Source of the DNA: Lingula anatina | Lineage: Eukaryota > Animalia > Brachiopoda | DNA: 64,000 bases | Direction: 5' to 3' | Assembly (NCBI GenBank): GCA_051362555.1 | Contig: CM120642.1 | Location: 26,412,001 to 26,476,000 of the forward strand | Shown: piece by piece, positions 23,303-37,498 of the stretch | Layout: each line of letters starts with the position of its first letter | Numbering within the stretch: position 1 is the first letter of the stretch | The notes under the pieces: model-generated | Databases searched by the model: none | The model's input: the letters and a program-made list of their open reading frames with translations, nothing else | What the model was told of the DNA's origin: nothing | Position numbers and translations under genes: made by a program

Positions 23303-26300
23303 GTTTATCTGTAGGAAAAACACACATGCAAATATCATATGTTTTAAATAGCTATACTAATGAAAATGATAATAACCTTTATTCAGCGAGGTAAAAACTT
23401 GGTTACCAATTTGACCTCCATAAGCGGCTTATGGTTTCCCAAATGATCATTTATTACGCATGATCCTTTTTATGCATTGTCATTTCCAGTAATTCGTGTA
23501 ATCAAGTGAAGCTCGGTTGATGTAATACTTCACGTATCACGCCAATTTGCCCTCATTACACTAGCTGCAGTTTCATTTAAATGTAGATCCAAATGTAAAT
23601 GAAGTAATAATCGTATCATGAGTAGCATCCGCTTCAGATTTTTTTCCTGCACTTTAACCTAAGGAGTGGAGGGTAGAGTGTCTATTTTACCGTGTCGTGA
23701 AATCTACCATTTTTCAAACTATTTGAAACCCATACGGTACCGTTGTCCTGTATCATAAAATATTAAACACGATCACCCATTTTCAGGACAACAGGCGGCG
23801 AGCAATAAACACACATATACTTTTTTCTTTAAGTAACTGATAGTTTGATGATGACTAACCTCGAATGGTCTTCACACAGTGGAACAAACCACCGGCAAGT
23901 CTCCGTGCAACACTTATAAGCGGTGCTTAGCGCACTATTCGGTTCGAGGAGTTCCTCTAACTTTTATATGTGTTTTTCTTGATAATTGTAAGGATTATGA
24001 CCTCTTGCCTACTTACATTTAAAACATTTTTAAAAATAATCATTATGATCATAATGATCATAGTCAACAATTGTCTCCAGGATTTGCAATTGAATTGATG
24101 TGGATTCTTTTTACACGCGTAATTGCAGGTTAACGATACTTTCAGGGTATGGAAGTTGTATCCTCATAAGTTCGTGTCCCTAAAAACAATGACAGAAAAT
24201 AGGTACATTTTGTCTCTGTCTTCAACTATTTTCAACCTTGGACAAATAATACGAATTACTTGTCCGGGTTTCAACTGACATTCAAACCAAATAATATTTA
24301 AAGCATAATTCATAATTTTCAATTTGAAAATAGTCGTACCATGCGCCAGGTTTGTAAAGTTAGTGGTGACAAACGGCCGTAAGGGGGTGACACAAAATGG
24401 CAGAATAGACACAACCTGCTGATCTCTTTATATTCTTTTTCTTTCAGGTCATCGTAACCACAATATTACAGTTAGTGTACTAGGAGCGGTAAATGGTGGT
24501 GCCACTGTAGATGTTCTTTATTTTATCTATTTATTTATTTTTTGGTCCTATTTACATACATCCCAGTATAATTAACGCATTCTTAGTCAAAGCGAAAAAT
24601 CTCACCTCCGTCTCCATCTGACTCTATGGCGTAAACTCTTTATTTCAATGAGGAAACCTCAGATGTCTACCGAAAAACAGCATTAAAGCTTATTCACTGA
24701 CCTAAAAAATATATCACCCAAATAATTTGCGATGGAACAGGGTTTGTTGAAATAGAAGCATTATATTGGGGAATATATAAAGCGTTGCAGTTGGTTCCGT
24801 AATCTGATAGAAAGAGAGAGCAAAAGTTTACTCAAGTAGAAACGAACAACAAAAAAATCGTACATTCGTTGTAATCGCATACTGCCTTTGGACTGAAAAT
24901 CTGTAATCGCCGTCATCTACGTTAAGTCATGAATTATTCATTTAAAACCTTTTATGAGTCTACGTCGTGTAACAAATAGTTTTATTAACTGTTTCTTTGT
25001 ATGTAGTCGTTCCCGAAAACTAACGTTGTCCTTTTTTACGCGATTACTATATCTTGAATATGATCGTCATCTTCAGGTGACATTTTTATTACACTTGGCA
25101 TCAAATTACTTGACCCAAACATTTCGTGTCACCTGAAATGCCCTTATCGTATAATGGTATTAGAATAGTGCAAAGTGAATTACCAAAGCTGTCGAATGAT
25201 GTGCAATGAAGTTAAGTTCAAAGTGCATTAATTGCAGCACTTGCAGCAGGCAGCGAGTTGTGAATACAACGTTCGCACACAGTTACTCTCTCTCTTTCTT
25301 CCTCTCTCTCTCTCTCTCTCTCTCTTTCGATGACGCCCCATTTTCTTATTTTTATTTGTGTGCGGAGTCGAGGGAGGAGTTGGGTTGGTTATATACTTAG
25401 TAATATGTTTTATGCGACAAAACAATTTGACGTGATGGAAGCGATTACTAGAGAAATGATGTATGTTGTGTTTAATTTGGATTTATAGGCTGTATCTTTT
25501 AGTTGACAGGAATATCAGCTCCATATAAAGCGTTAATAATCATATTAACGGTTCACTACACCCGTATAGGGTTATACATGTCTGTGACGCTTTTAACACC
25601 ACTGATATTTAATTTTGTATTTTATATCCATCTGCATCGATTTAAAAACACGTGTTTTTGGTATTCTTCCAGATTTCAATTGTATGAAAAGTCTGAAAAC
25701 AGGATAAAGATAAAGAGGCATCGGAGAAGCAATTTCCGTAAGGAACATCCAAACCACCATGCACATGTGGAATAACCCCGATTTCCTCAGCTTAATGAGA
25801 ATCCTCCTCTTTTATACGTACCACTGGCAAAGGAGGTACAAAACAAGGAGGGTCGTCTCGTATAACTCCTTGAACAACAACAAAAAATACAGAAAACTTT
25901 TAAAACAAATATTTAAAACTATTTGACCCAAGGTAAATTAGTAGCAGCCATTTAAATGAAATATTGTGGTTGTTTTATAATAAGAGAAAAATAGCTGATG
26001 TTTTCGACCAATGCTTACCTTATTTTAATGATTTTTCAACGGATTTATTCTGAATTGAAGTAGCCCCAATATTTCGTGCTAAAAATAAGACCAATTGCGA
26101 TACGGTGAAAAAGAGCATATGTATACGGCTCTATCCTGGTCCTACACGTAACAAGCGTATAGGTCACTGACAAACCTAGGTGAAGGGGCTTGGACTGTGA
26201 TTTTCCTTTAATGTATAGCAGAGAGAAAACGTTAATGCTAACGATAGATGTCAGGAGATTCAATTAATTACCTGTCATGGACACCACTGGTGCATGAAGA

Positions 26301-29300
26301 TATTTTTCAAATAGGTTTTACAACAAAGTCAAGGCCGATTATAGTATATCATGTTAATCGCATTTCAGGCTATATTTCTTATTTTAACATTTTTGGGAAG
26401 AGTAAACTGCATGTAATATGGTGTGATAAAGTCATATACGTTTTAAGAAACACCTGTTTACCTTTCAAAAAGTAATCGATAAATTTAAGACCCAATGAAT
26501 GGAAACTCGTGCGGGACCACCTTATTTAACGCCGTTTTCCCACTTAACAAGCATTATCTTTTGTCCCAACTAACTTACAACACAAAGTGTCATCTATTGA
26601 AAAATTTGCGAGTATTAATGTTGCCTCATTCAATATTTATTCGATGCAACACATATCTCAATAAATGAAACTCGTTGTGGGTGGTGTGACGCCTTGACTT
26701 ACACCGTTTTCGAACCTATAAGTTATTTCATCGTTGATTATCGGTAAGGTCCACTGCAAACTCATCCGTTTGATATTTTTACACAATTATGTTGTTACAT
26801 TCAACAATTACCAGTCAAAAATAAAGGGAATAACAGATAAATAAACAAACAAACAAATAATGACAGCGTCCTCCCGAGCTCCGGACGTTGAATAAAGAGG
26901 CCTTGGCGTTTTTAATCTATGCATCCTGTGTTTTTGTTTTACCGGAAAAATCGTATGACAACATGAGTACATTTTATATTCTATTCACATCTTATATGTT
27001 TTACTAGTAAAAATCGAATGGGACAAAGCATACAGATAACTGTTATATGTAGCAGCTGCCAAACACCTGCCTGTTGTGAAGGGGGCGATGTATAGTGCAT
27101 ATGATCCGGGTAAAATTAATGTCGAATGAGCGTCTCTGAAGCATAAATCACCAAAAATACTAGTGGCTACCTGACATCTTAATCCCCGTTTTGTTATTTT
27201 GAGTACGGTTTACAATTAGCTGTGCTTTTTTATATCTTTTGTTAAAAGTTTTCGACTGTCAAGCGAGACGTTTTCAAATATTAAACTAGATACGTGTAAT
27301 TCAGCGATTTTAGTTCACGTGGATAAGGTTTTTTTTAGCTTTTGATCACAGCAAAAGATATAGCATCAGTCCAAGTTTGATAATACACCCCAGATATCAG
27401 TATCTTTTGTACGACAACAAAAATTACATTGAACTCAACAACCTTAGCGATAAAAAAAGGAATCTCACCTGAAATATATCCTTAAATCTGTGCTGTATCT
27501 GCTCCGTTATCAGGACGACCACTCAAATCTTTGACTAGAGAAAGTACTATCTCCTTGGTCAGTCTAAGCGTTATCAGTTTTGTCCAGCCAGAACGGCCGC
27601 CTAGCACGCGACTGTCCGGTTAGTAAATGCCCCACAACTGACGCTAATAATAACAACAAAGTAGCATGTGCGTGAGTGTGGAGATGATGAAGCCGTGTAT
27701 TAGGCTGAGGACGTCACAACTACATGCACCCCGGGTGGCAGCCTGAAGAGCTAACGCCAACTCGCACGCCAACTTAATGTATACAGATAAAGAATCTGCG
27801 GCAGTTATTTGATATTCAGAGAGACGTTTTAATCTATTCTTAAGCTTTGAGCAAAATGGCCCAAACTGATACAAAAACAAAAGAAAATGAAAAAAAAATT
27901 GAATGCAACTTTAAAAAATAGCAAAGCAGGGTGTAAAAATGCATTTGTCCTAGACTTGCTACAATGTAACTAACCGGTAGGGTGATGAACTGACGTGCAA
28001 TATTTGTAGCAAATCCGGGGTGCTTTCTCCAGAAAATTGGCCGTTTTTAAAAATTTCTAGAGTTAATAAAGATATAGGAGTTTAAACGTGCTTGGACGGT
28101 TAGAGAAATAAAAATACCTAATCAAGGCATTTCTCTGTCGCTCACGTTAAATTCGTGCGACGTCTCCTATTCATAGCCAGTCCTTATCTTTCATCTCGGC
28201 ATCTTTATTTTTTGTTTGGAATTTATGTTGTAGCTTATCGTTTACAGCTAATGCCGCGAGCGGACGTTGAAGAAGTTGCCAGTGAAAACTTCTTTGTTCA
28301 ACAAGAGATAATTTCTTCTTGTCAGATGTGCTATCGATATGACTCGACACAAATTTGTGTGAATTTTTTTTTCTTGTCTTTTTCCTAAAGGTCAAACAAG
28401 GTAACCTGACTTCCCCTCCCCTTACACTTGTGACACCCCTTCTACATCAGGGTACAATTAACAAGTTTTCCTTGCGTCTGCCTGAAAATTTCAGGACTAC
28501 TCAGAAATTGCTTCATTGTGATTTCAATTTTAAAATCCACTTTAACTATACGTTTTTTTTAGTTATCGTTGAAATGTCATTCGCTTTCCTTGCATTTTCA
28601 TCTCGCTGAAAACCTATTTTTGTAGAGGTGTATCATGCACACATGTTTGAGATAAAAGAATTATCCAACAAGAAAAGAGAAAGACTCAAGAAGAAGCCCA
28701 TGTACCGTACTGGCCAATCTCTGTAATGGATTATCAACTGAATGCGCAGCATACATGTAAGGCTTCCTCTGAGACAGGAACATTTATAACAACACGCGAA
28801 AATGGGTTAAATGAGAACATCAATTCTTTTAAGCCACGAGGCATAATATGTAATTTGATATACTTAAAAATGGAAATTCGCCACTACAGTCACTTAACTG
28901 ATGGTAAATATCTTTAAATCAACCTTGTAACGCCTACGGTAGCCGCTTAGAAGAACATGTCACTGAAACACGAAACATAAATGCTAATTTGCACCTGTAA
29001 GATGATACTTTAGCTCTCGTGCCTCCGCTAGATAAGACCAGAAATGTGTTTACATCATAATTTGCAATGATTCATTTCACAGACTGATTTGATTATGGTT
29101 TCAGAAGTACATAATTGTAAGATCCATGGTGTAAATCGACGGAAATGTTTCAAATTACAAATAGCGTTGCTATTTTTCTATTTCTTTCTTTTTTTGTTTC
29201 TTTCTATTTTTTCTTTTGTAATGTAAACTTCATTATAACTTAAAGAATCTGTATAGAAAGCGTGCTATACATACATGGCTTCCTGTCCACATGACATGCC

Positions 29301-30363
29301 GAAAGGCAGCAAACATACAAATTCAGTTATATTTTATTAACCCCCCCCCCTCCCCACTACCCTGAATTTCCCAAGGAGGCGTCCCTAGACTGCGACTACT
29401 CAAGACTACGATCAGCACACATTGTAAGTGAAGTAGCAAACATCATGAACAGGTAATAAACAGTTTATCCTTCTATCCGACATAGTAGAAAACGCCCGAC
29501 TCCCGTTGTTTAACTTACCTTTTTATTGTGATTCCGTTTATTTAAATTCTTTTCTATTTTGTAGATGATCATATGTACAAAATATGGTTGTAAGGGATAT
29601 TTGTTTCTGATGTATTGTTCAAATCTATAAAAAAACGTCATTTCCCCATAAACTAATACAGTGGTCAATCTCTTTTTAAAGCACAAAGTTGATCACCTGA
29701 ATGCGTTAGTGGTATTGCCATAGTAGTATTGCGTTTTACTTCAAAGTTTGGTAAAATCGACGATGTCATTTAAAAAGTATTATTCCATACACCTTCTTTT
29801 CACAACATAAGTTGATGCATATTTCCGTCTTAGGAAATTTTTTTTAAACTCTTTTTGGATATCCCGATTACAGTGAATTGCTGTCTAGTCCGTTTTCATT
29901 TGTATGACTGAAACACCTTGGCGTAATATCGATGTAAGATGCTTAATATGTTTTATTTTGGTGAAAGGTGGCGCTATTGTCTTGTCTTTTTTTACGCTGC
30001 GCGTTGTGGTTTTTGAAAGAGCCAGGAGTTTTTTCTTTTACAATGGGCGTAATATATGGTCATTCACTCATATATTACCCCCCCCCCCCAAAAAAAAAAA
30101 AAAAAAAAAAAAATGCCCAAACCACGCCACAACAAGTGTTCGCATCGTTGTATACAACCCAACAGATATAAACGTTTTTATACCATATAGAAACCATGCA
30201 ACTTTATTTCCATCAAATAGTCACACCCCTATTATCATATCGAAGTCTCGCCCTTTTCCTGCCAATCCTCAGCCTCTCTTTCAGAGCCGCATCAGTGATG
30301 TCTCGCCCTTCATCACATGGACGCCACACCCCTTTCTATGCCACATTAAAGCCACGCCCCTTT

Positions 30364-33300
30364 TTATAACACGCCATAGTCTTGGCAGAACTGCCGAATA
30401 CAATAATGGTCACTGTTGTCCACCCTGAGTGTTGGTTTTATCACGTGACACCAAGATGTCCACTCTGCCGACGTATTCAGGGCTTTCATATCTTTATATG
30501 CCGCACACCTGAAATATATAATTTCCATGTAACTTTGAGTAATTTTGTGGGAAATGCACTGCAAAACTGGTAATTATATATATACTACGAATTGAAATTT
30601 ATATTAAAAAAAAGTAAACAGAGAAATATAAGAATAATGTTAATATCAAACCTAGTCTATTTACTATCACTTTAGGCCATCTACAAACTATAAGGGCAAC
30701 ATATTATATGTTCATCGAACAAATTTGAACATATTTGCTGAGATAAGTTAGATGGTCAGTTCTCTAGCAGTTAATAATTAAACAAATGATCCATCATCAT
30801 TGGCACTGATCCAAATGACTTTCATGGAGTTGTTACGTAATGGTACATTGATAATTCTTTTCGTGCCTTTTAGTATTAAAACTCAAATATTTATTGACAT
30901 TTCCCCATTATTTGCAGAGCAAAGCGCTCAAAAATCGGTATAACATCACAGTTAAAAGTTTGAAGCCCCCAATAAACACCAGAAGACCTTTTCCATTATT
31001 CCCCGGTATATAGTCTAATGCTGCATGATTGTTTATCAATGTGAATTGACATTCATTTGGCAAAACATGCTTACCCCAATAAAACGAGAGCCTAGTTGCA
31101 ACTAAACAGGATTTCCGCTAGTTTATTAACGACTGATCATTTATACGACAATTAACAACTTTAAGATTAATATTAAAGAGTTCAAAATACCCGTAACTTA
31201 TTCATATTCATGACTTAAGACGCAAATATATCCAAAGTTTTCTTTCAACAGGGATATTTCCAAAATCCTAAATCGTTTGTTCTCCCACCTACCTGTCTGG
31301 TCCACATACGTAATTCCCAATACCCTGGCACCTGCAAAGGTGAGAGCATTCCCACCATTCTTTTTTCATATCCTCTGACGTTAAGCACTTGGATTGAGCA
31401 AAATCTGCAATATATGGATAGGTCAATATGATTCCACAAAATTTATACTGTTCTCCCCCCCCCCAAGTTTGAACGACTAACAACTCATTCAAACACCAGA
31501 ATAGATATGATATCTGTTGATGTATCATTGACCGTGACACGGGGGATTATAATTTTCCTTATTCAGAACCGAATTTTTCAAATAAAATGAAAATATGTAG
31601 TATTATTGCATCCTCATTCAAAATAATTAGACAATTTAACGTTTTTTTTAATTAAAGGGAAACAATAACAGTGGTAATTTTGATTTTAATCTAAAAAGAA
31701 TTAAATACCTTGGAGATATTGACCACATATGTTAAACTATGACAACACATTGTAGATTGCCCCAGGAGTCTGAGGGTTACAAAGGGGTAGGAAAATAATA
31801 CATGTATGTCCGGTTGTTACTCCAATTTTTAAAAACAGGGTAAGAAAGCAGGGTAAGAAGGCCCGACCAGATATATTTAATTTAGCTCATTGGTCAGACC
31901 ATGGGCAAAATTACGAATATAATGTCCAAGGTCGGACCTACCTTCATTTAATTTATTCGTTGTTTTTTCCGGTATTGAGAACTGTAACGAATATTTTGAC
32001 CCGCACATTGTAACTGACAATGTTTTAGCGTTGCCTCTCCAGTTTAAACCTAAGACGAACGATCCATTTTTCTCTGACATCCAATGACGACCGTGCACTA
32101 TGAAGGTCGTTTTGTTTAGTGTTTTCGACACATCGCAAGGATTTAGCATCTGAAAGATAAGTTAGAAATTGTATTCACGCAATATGATACCAAAAAAGTC
32201 TGTATTTCGTTAACCATCGCTGCTTGAGAAAAGATCTCTTTGTTTCTGCACAGTAACAACTCTCTCCCTGTCCATTATTTACGGCTTCGCAAACACACAT
32301 AAGGTTACATGAGAGAGAGAGAGAGAGAGTGTATTATACTATACCAATTTCTTTGAATTCAATATTTACAAATTTAACAAGAACAATTACACACTTGAAA
32401 CAACAGAGGACAGGCAACCAAAACTAGGAGCACAAACTTATAGTTATACTAGCGGAACTGGCTGAAATGGACGAGGCCAGATGAACGGTGAAAAAAGACT
32501 AAATTTAAAACACTATACTTCTGAATTACATTCAGCAATTAAGTGCCATTCAAATTATAGATGTCCAAGATTTCTCATATTTATATATGTCATGGAACTT
32601 CCTCAGAGTCCTCAGAGTCGGTACATATTCCGCCAAGCTCCAACAGAAAGATGTGTAAAAGAATGGGATAAACCAACGATTAAAAAAACTCGAATCGTGG
32701 TGCATTAATGAGGCAATGATCGAATAAGCCGTTCTAGTTTAAGGAGAGGCTACTTTATCTATTCCTCCTGCGCACCGTTACTCATCATTATCATATGGTC
32801 ACTTCACTTAACTTGACAATGGATAGATTTTTATTTATATTCATTAACATCAATTATTATATCTTGGTGGTTTATTGTTGGCATGCAGTCATGTCCTTCG
32901 TCGTCATGTTAAACATTTGGGCATTAGTGTGCGTTTTTGTCCTTATGTACAAAAATACATGGTTATGTTTGTGTTGCTTTTGTGCAAGGTTTTATGACGG
33001 GAACAAAATTGTTTAGTGTGTACCTATAAAATTAACATAAAATGGTTAATGTTTTAGGCATATAATAACGTCCATACAACGGACTACGTCAGATTCTCCT
33101 CAATTGAAACAGCCCAAAATTTTAGATTTAAAATTTAAGTTAAGAACAACGTTCGTTCCAAAATGTTTTTTTAGGAATGGGAGGACGGTTCAATGTGACA
33201 TTAATAGTAAAGGAACCTTACCTTGAAATGTGACACAGACGAACTGAAGACTATTTTAGCGTCCCAGCTAAATTCGGTCACAACGGAGATCCAAGTTACC

Positions 33301-33416
33301 GCACAGTTGTATGTTTCTTTTTCTTTAGACAGATGGAAATCTTTGTAAATCATTGAACACCTTTCTGCACTATATGAATTGAGCAGTAACATCCAAAGTA
33401 GAACTATTCGAAGCAT
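30364..33416 (-). CDS. Secreted CBM2-like + VWC-like Cys-rich protein, paralogue A (219 aa, 4 exons)
   Basis: Exons 33222-33416, 31942-32149, 31293-31404, 30364-30508 (phases 0,1,2; 660 nt). Signal peptide MLRIVLLWMLLLNSYSA; beta-rich domain ..FSWDAKIVFSSSVSHFKMLNPCDVSKTLNKTTFIVHGRHW..; C-terminal C..WWECSHLCRCQGIGNYVCGPDRC..WC..YCIRQFC. The exon structure is confirmed by paralogue B. Domain names are inferred. Confidence 0.82.
32504..32698 (-). pseudogene. Dead copy of paralogue B's ATG exon (psi-1b) inside intron 1 of paralogue A
   Basis: Aligns to 37755-37958 and its flanks (AAAACTCGAATC(G/A)TGGTGCA; CCGTTCAT(C/A)TGGCC). ATG->ACG, indels and stops, donor gtaagtct->tttagtct. Residual TIRVFL..THLSVG..EWHLIAECNSEV. 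Confidence 0.8.
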
Positions 33417-35372
33417 GGTTGCAGCAGGTGTTTGAGTGTATGGTTATTGTCTTGCATTGTAACCTGCAGTGACGAAGATTGAACGTTCAAATGTCATGAG
33501 CTTTCCGGTATAAGCAGTTACAATGTATGTATATACATAGTAGATTACTGCGTGAAATCTGCAAATCTTTCAATAAACCTTGACCTACTGCTGCCTGCTA
33601 ATCACTGATAACTATAAGCCAATCAGCAAGCAGTATTTTGCCACGCCCCCGACCCTTATCACGCCACTCCCACGTATCTTGTCTATAATGTGCTAGATGG
33701 TGTAACACACATATCTGAATAGTGGATTTCATAGCAGACATAGACAAATCTTCTTTGAAAAAATGAAAAGACTTTAGTGGGGATTTTGTAATTCAGACGA
33801 TATAATAGTTGTTCTGATTTTTGTACTTTTTTTTTTTTTGGGGGGGGGGGGAGAAAGGTGTAGGCTTACTAAGGAGTGAATGTGAAAATTCTACATTAGG
33901 CAGTTGTCATTCAAATCAAGCACAGCATCAAGTCATTCCAAAACTTAAATTTAAGTTTAGTAATTAATATACCTGTGGGACGACTGAACATTCATCCTAC
34001 CAAAGAAAAATTAAATGCCCTATCGAATCGCTCTGTTATTTCCGCCGATATGATATGGGGTATATTTGTTAATAAATTTAATAGAGATACGTAATTTTAA
34101 CTCATAAGCCAGCCAAAGGATTATATTTTGTGTTCCGATGCACTGTGAAGTTGTTCTGTTTCACTATGCGCTAGCAAGCAGCCCACTCGTTGTTATTGTC
34201 CTATTGTTGCAGAAATTGAAGATATAAAATGGTAGGTATGATCAGGTATTAAAAAGACAAACAGTGATAAGGGTTTCTTGTCTCCGTAAATCAGTCGAAA
34301 AGTGTCATTGTCTTTTTTCACAAATATATGATCAAGTGCATTTCAGGTAAGCCTGTTTGTCTTGCAGAGAAAAAAAGTATACATATATTTCCGTCTACCG
34401 CCCCTCCTTTAACTACATGTATTAACTCCTATTTAAGTGGTGAGTATGCGAGTTGGATAGTAAATTTTTAATTTGTAAGCCATGGTTTAATGTTGCTTTC
34501 AGAATGTACTTATAACCATGACATGATGCTGAACATTCAGACAAATGAGTAAATTGTAACAGACCATGATTTTTTTTTTACTTTTAATAATCATAAAATG
34601 AAATCACTTAACTTCGAGGTACAGTATATTTTATGAATTCACTGACACTAATAATCCTCTGACACTAACAATTTTCAATTTGGTATACAGAGTTTTGATG
34701 ACAAATTTGAAAAAAAAAACACAGAAGAAGAAACAGGTGAGGTTATAGATGAGAACAATGATCTGAATGAATAATATACCAACAATACATGTATATAATA
34801 GTGTAACAGATGGCACCAGCATCAAAATTGATCGATCAATTGATTGATTGATCGGTATCAAGTCTATCCGTTGTCATTCGTATGACTGAACTGCCTGTAC
34901 ACAATCATGCGCGCTGAGAAACGCAAAACTTAGATTAATTTTTTGTTGATATTTTATGTAAAACTATATTTGTCCTATTGTCTTTTTTCATAAGCTAGCT
35001 TAATGTTCCCGTCTTGTTCACATTGTCTGTGATATTTTTTTAAGACAACGCTTTCTTCTTGTCTCTTTTTATTTTACAATGGGCGATGAATAGGGTCCAT
35101 ATGTTTCACCCAGCCTTACTATCCCCCTTACCAACTGGTATATAATAAACAGAGATATTCCTATATCTACTTAGTAAACAAAATCAATTCCATTTTTTGT
35201 TCGTTTTTTAAACTCGGCTACCACGCCTCTTTTACGGCATCGCATCCAAAAAGGTGGTTGTAATACCATCCCATAGCCACGTCCTTCGGTACCACTTAGA
35301 AGGCATGTCCCGTCCTACACAACATTAAAGCCACGCCCCTTTCTATACCATATATTAAAGCCACGCCCCTTT

Positions 35373-37447
35373 CTATACCACCCCGTAGTCTTGGCAGAAC
35401 TGCCGAATACAATAATGGTCACTGTTGTCCGCCCTGAGTGTTGGTTTTATCACCTGACACCAAGATGTCCACTCTGCCGACGTATTCAGGGCTTTCATAT
35501 CATTATATGCCGCACATCTGAAATAAATGTAAATAAATTCCACGTTAGTGTTATGAATGGTTTATTGGTGATTCGCTCCATGTGTGAGAATTTGGTTACT
35601 TTATTATTTAAAGAATATGGCACTTGCCTGTACCTCCACCCATTCACTGGGAACTCCACAGTTTTTGAATGACGCGGAATTTACTAGATGTACATGTACT
35701 CGCTGTGTATAAATGCATATGTGTTGTCAGTCATTTGCCAAACACATTTTGAGGCATGTAAAAATAACAAAGGACCTGTAATAGTACCCACTAGATTACG
35801 AATCATACATACGATTATTTATCGTTTTACTTTACATATACCAGTACATCAAAGTGATGAACATCAGAAAACGCAGATACAGTATATCCAAATGTTTCGT
35901 TCATCAAAGAAATTTCCAGAATACTAAATTGGTTGCTCTCTCACCTGTCTGGTCCACATACGTAATTCCCAATACCCTGGCACCTGCAAAGGTGAGAGCA
36001 TTCCCACCATTCCTTTCTCATGTCGTCCCCAGTAATGCACTTCGATTGAGCAAAATCTGCAATATATGCAATCATGCAAATGTGACTTTATGTTTATATT
36101 AAATATGCATAGTTCTCTACTTAAATTCTAAATTAGAAGGCGTATAGTTTCCCAACATCACAATAGATATGTTATCTGCCTTTGACACATTGATTACACA
36201 AATAATTGTATTATAAATAAAATGCGACATCATATCTAAGTGCTTCTAGCTTGAACCCACTCAAGTAGGTTCTTGTTCCTTGTAGTTGGCAGTTTAAGAT
36301 AATATAATTTAGAACATTGAACTGTAAGTTTTAATTGTTGCATTATACACAGCGCAAGACGAATATTTTAAGAACTCCTTATTATACTGTTATTATTATC
36401 ATCATTATTATTTTACGTGTTTTTGTATGTGCTGGCATTTTTAAAAACATGTTTATAGTTTCTGAATTAAAGTGGTATAATAATGGTTTGATAATTAGGA
36501 GTTAAATTAACTTAATACGTAATTGTGCATATACTATACAAATGCAAGAAATCCATTCCCATGATAAAAAAGACAAAATTAGCCTAGTAATCTTTGGAGT
36601 CACATGAAACGCGACAGATTTAAGATAATCCATTTTTTTTTTCAAAGCAGGAGCAAGGAAAAAAGAAGATCAAAGTAGTCGCACCTTCATTCACAGATTC
36701 CATTGTATTTTCTCGAATGTCTAAATCTAAGGTATACTTGGCCTTGCATAACTCGATGGACATTTCTGTAGCGTTTCCTCTCCATTTTAAACCTAAGATG
36801 AACGATCCATTTTTCTCTGACATCCAATAACGGCCACGTACAATGAAGGTCGTTTTGTTAAGTTTTTCTGACACATCACAAGGATTTAACATCTGAAAGA
36901 ATAAGATATTTATAAAGGAGGGATTCCAGCCAAGTAGTGACGGTTCAAATAAGTTCAAGTTTAGTTTTAAATAAGCAGTATCCCCGTAGATCGTGTGATT
37001 GCGGTTTCTAACCACAAGAACCCAATCTAATCCCTCTGTTGCCCTCAACTTGCTATTGCTATTGAGGTGAGGTAGATAAAATCCTATCCTATAGATGATG
37101 TTTTGTATTCAAACAGTTTTATTAAATAGCAACCTCTACCCCAGGACTTCTCTTGCTGTTACAAAATACGAAAGACTCATATACAAGTAACTAATGAAAT
37201 AGTACTATAAGATTAGCCGATGATGTTTAATTGGAAAAGAAGTTACATATAAGTCTCTGCATGGTCACCTCTTCCTTCATTCCCACCGCTTCATTCCCAC
37301 CGCTTGCAGACACATACGACGCCACACATCCTGTACCAAGACCACGGATTGATTTCTCACTAAATATTTACAGATATCTTTGGCTAGTTCTATGTAGGCT
37401 ATAACTTGTGCATGGCAGCAGCTGGCCTCTTGTAGATAGGAACGCTT

Positions 37448-37498
<51 letters not shown>

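Noticed and set aside
29904-30428. 174 aa plus-strand ORF with poly-P/poly-K
   Set aside because: Reads through C and A homopolymers in the 3' flank of paralogue A; not protein-like.
30061-33882. Inverted similarity CATTCACTC..poly-C poly-A (30061) vs poly-T poly-G..GAGTGAATG (33831) flanking paralogue A, as possible TIRs
   Set aside because: Only 9 bp of complex sequence plus homopolymers; no TSD found.
30382-35672. Near-identical plus-strand ORFs MAELPNTIMVTVV.. at 30382 and 35391
   Set aside because: Their similarity comes from being antisense to the conserved exon 4 of paralogues A and B.
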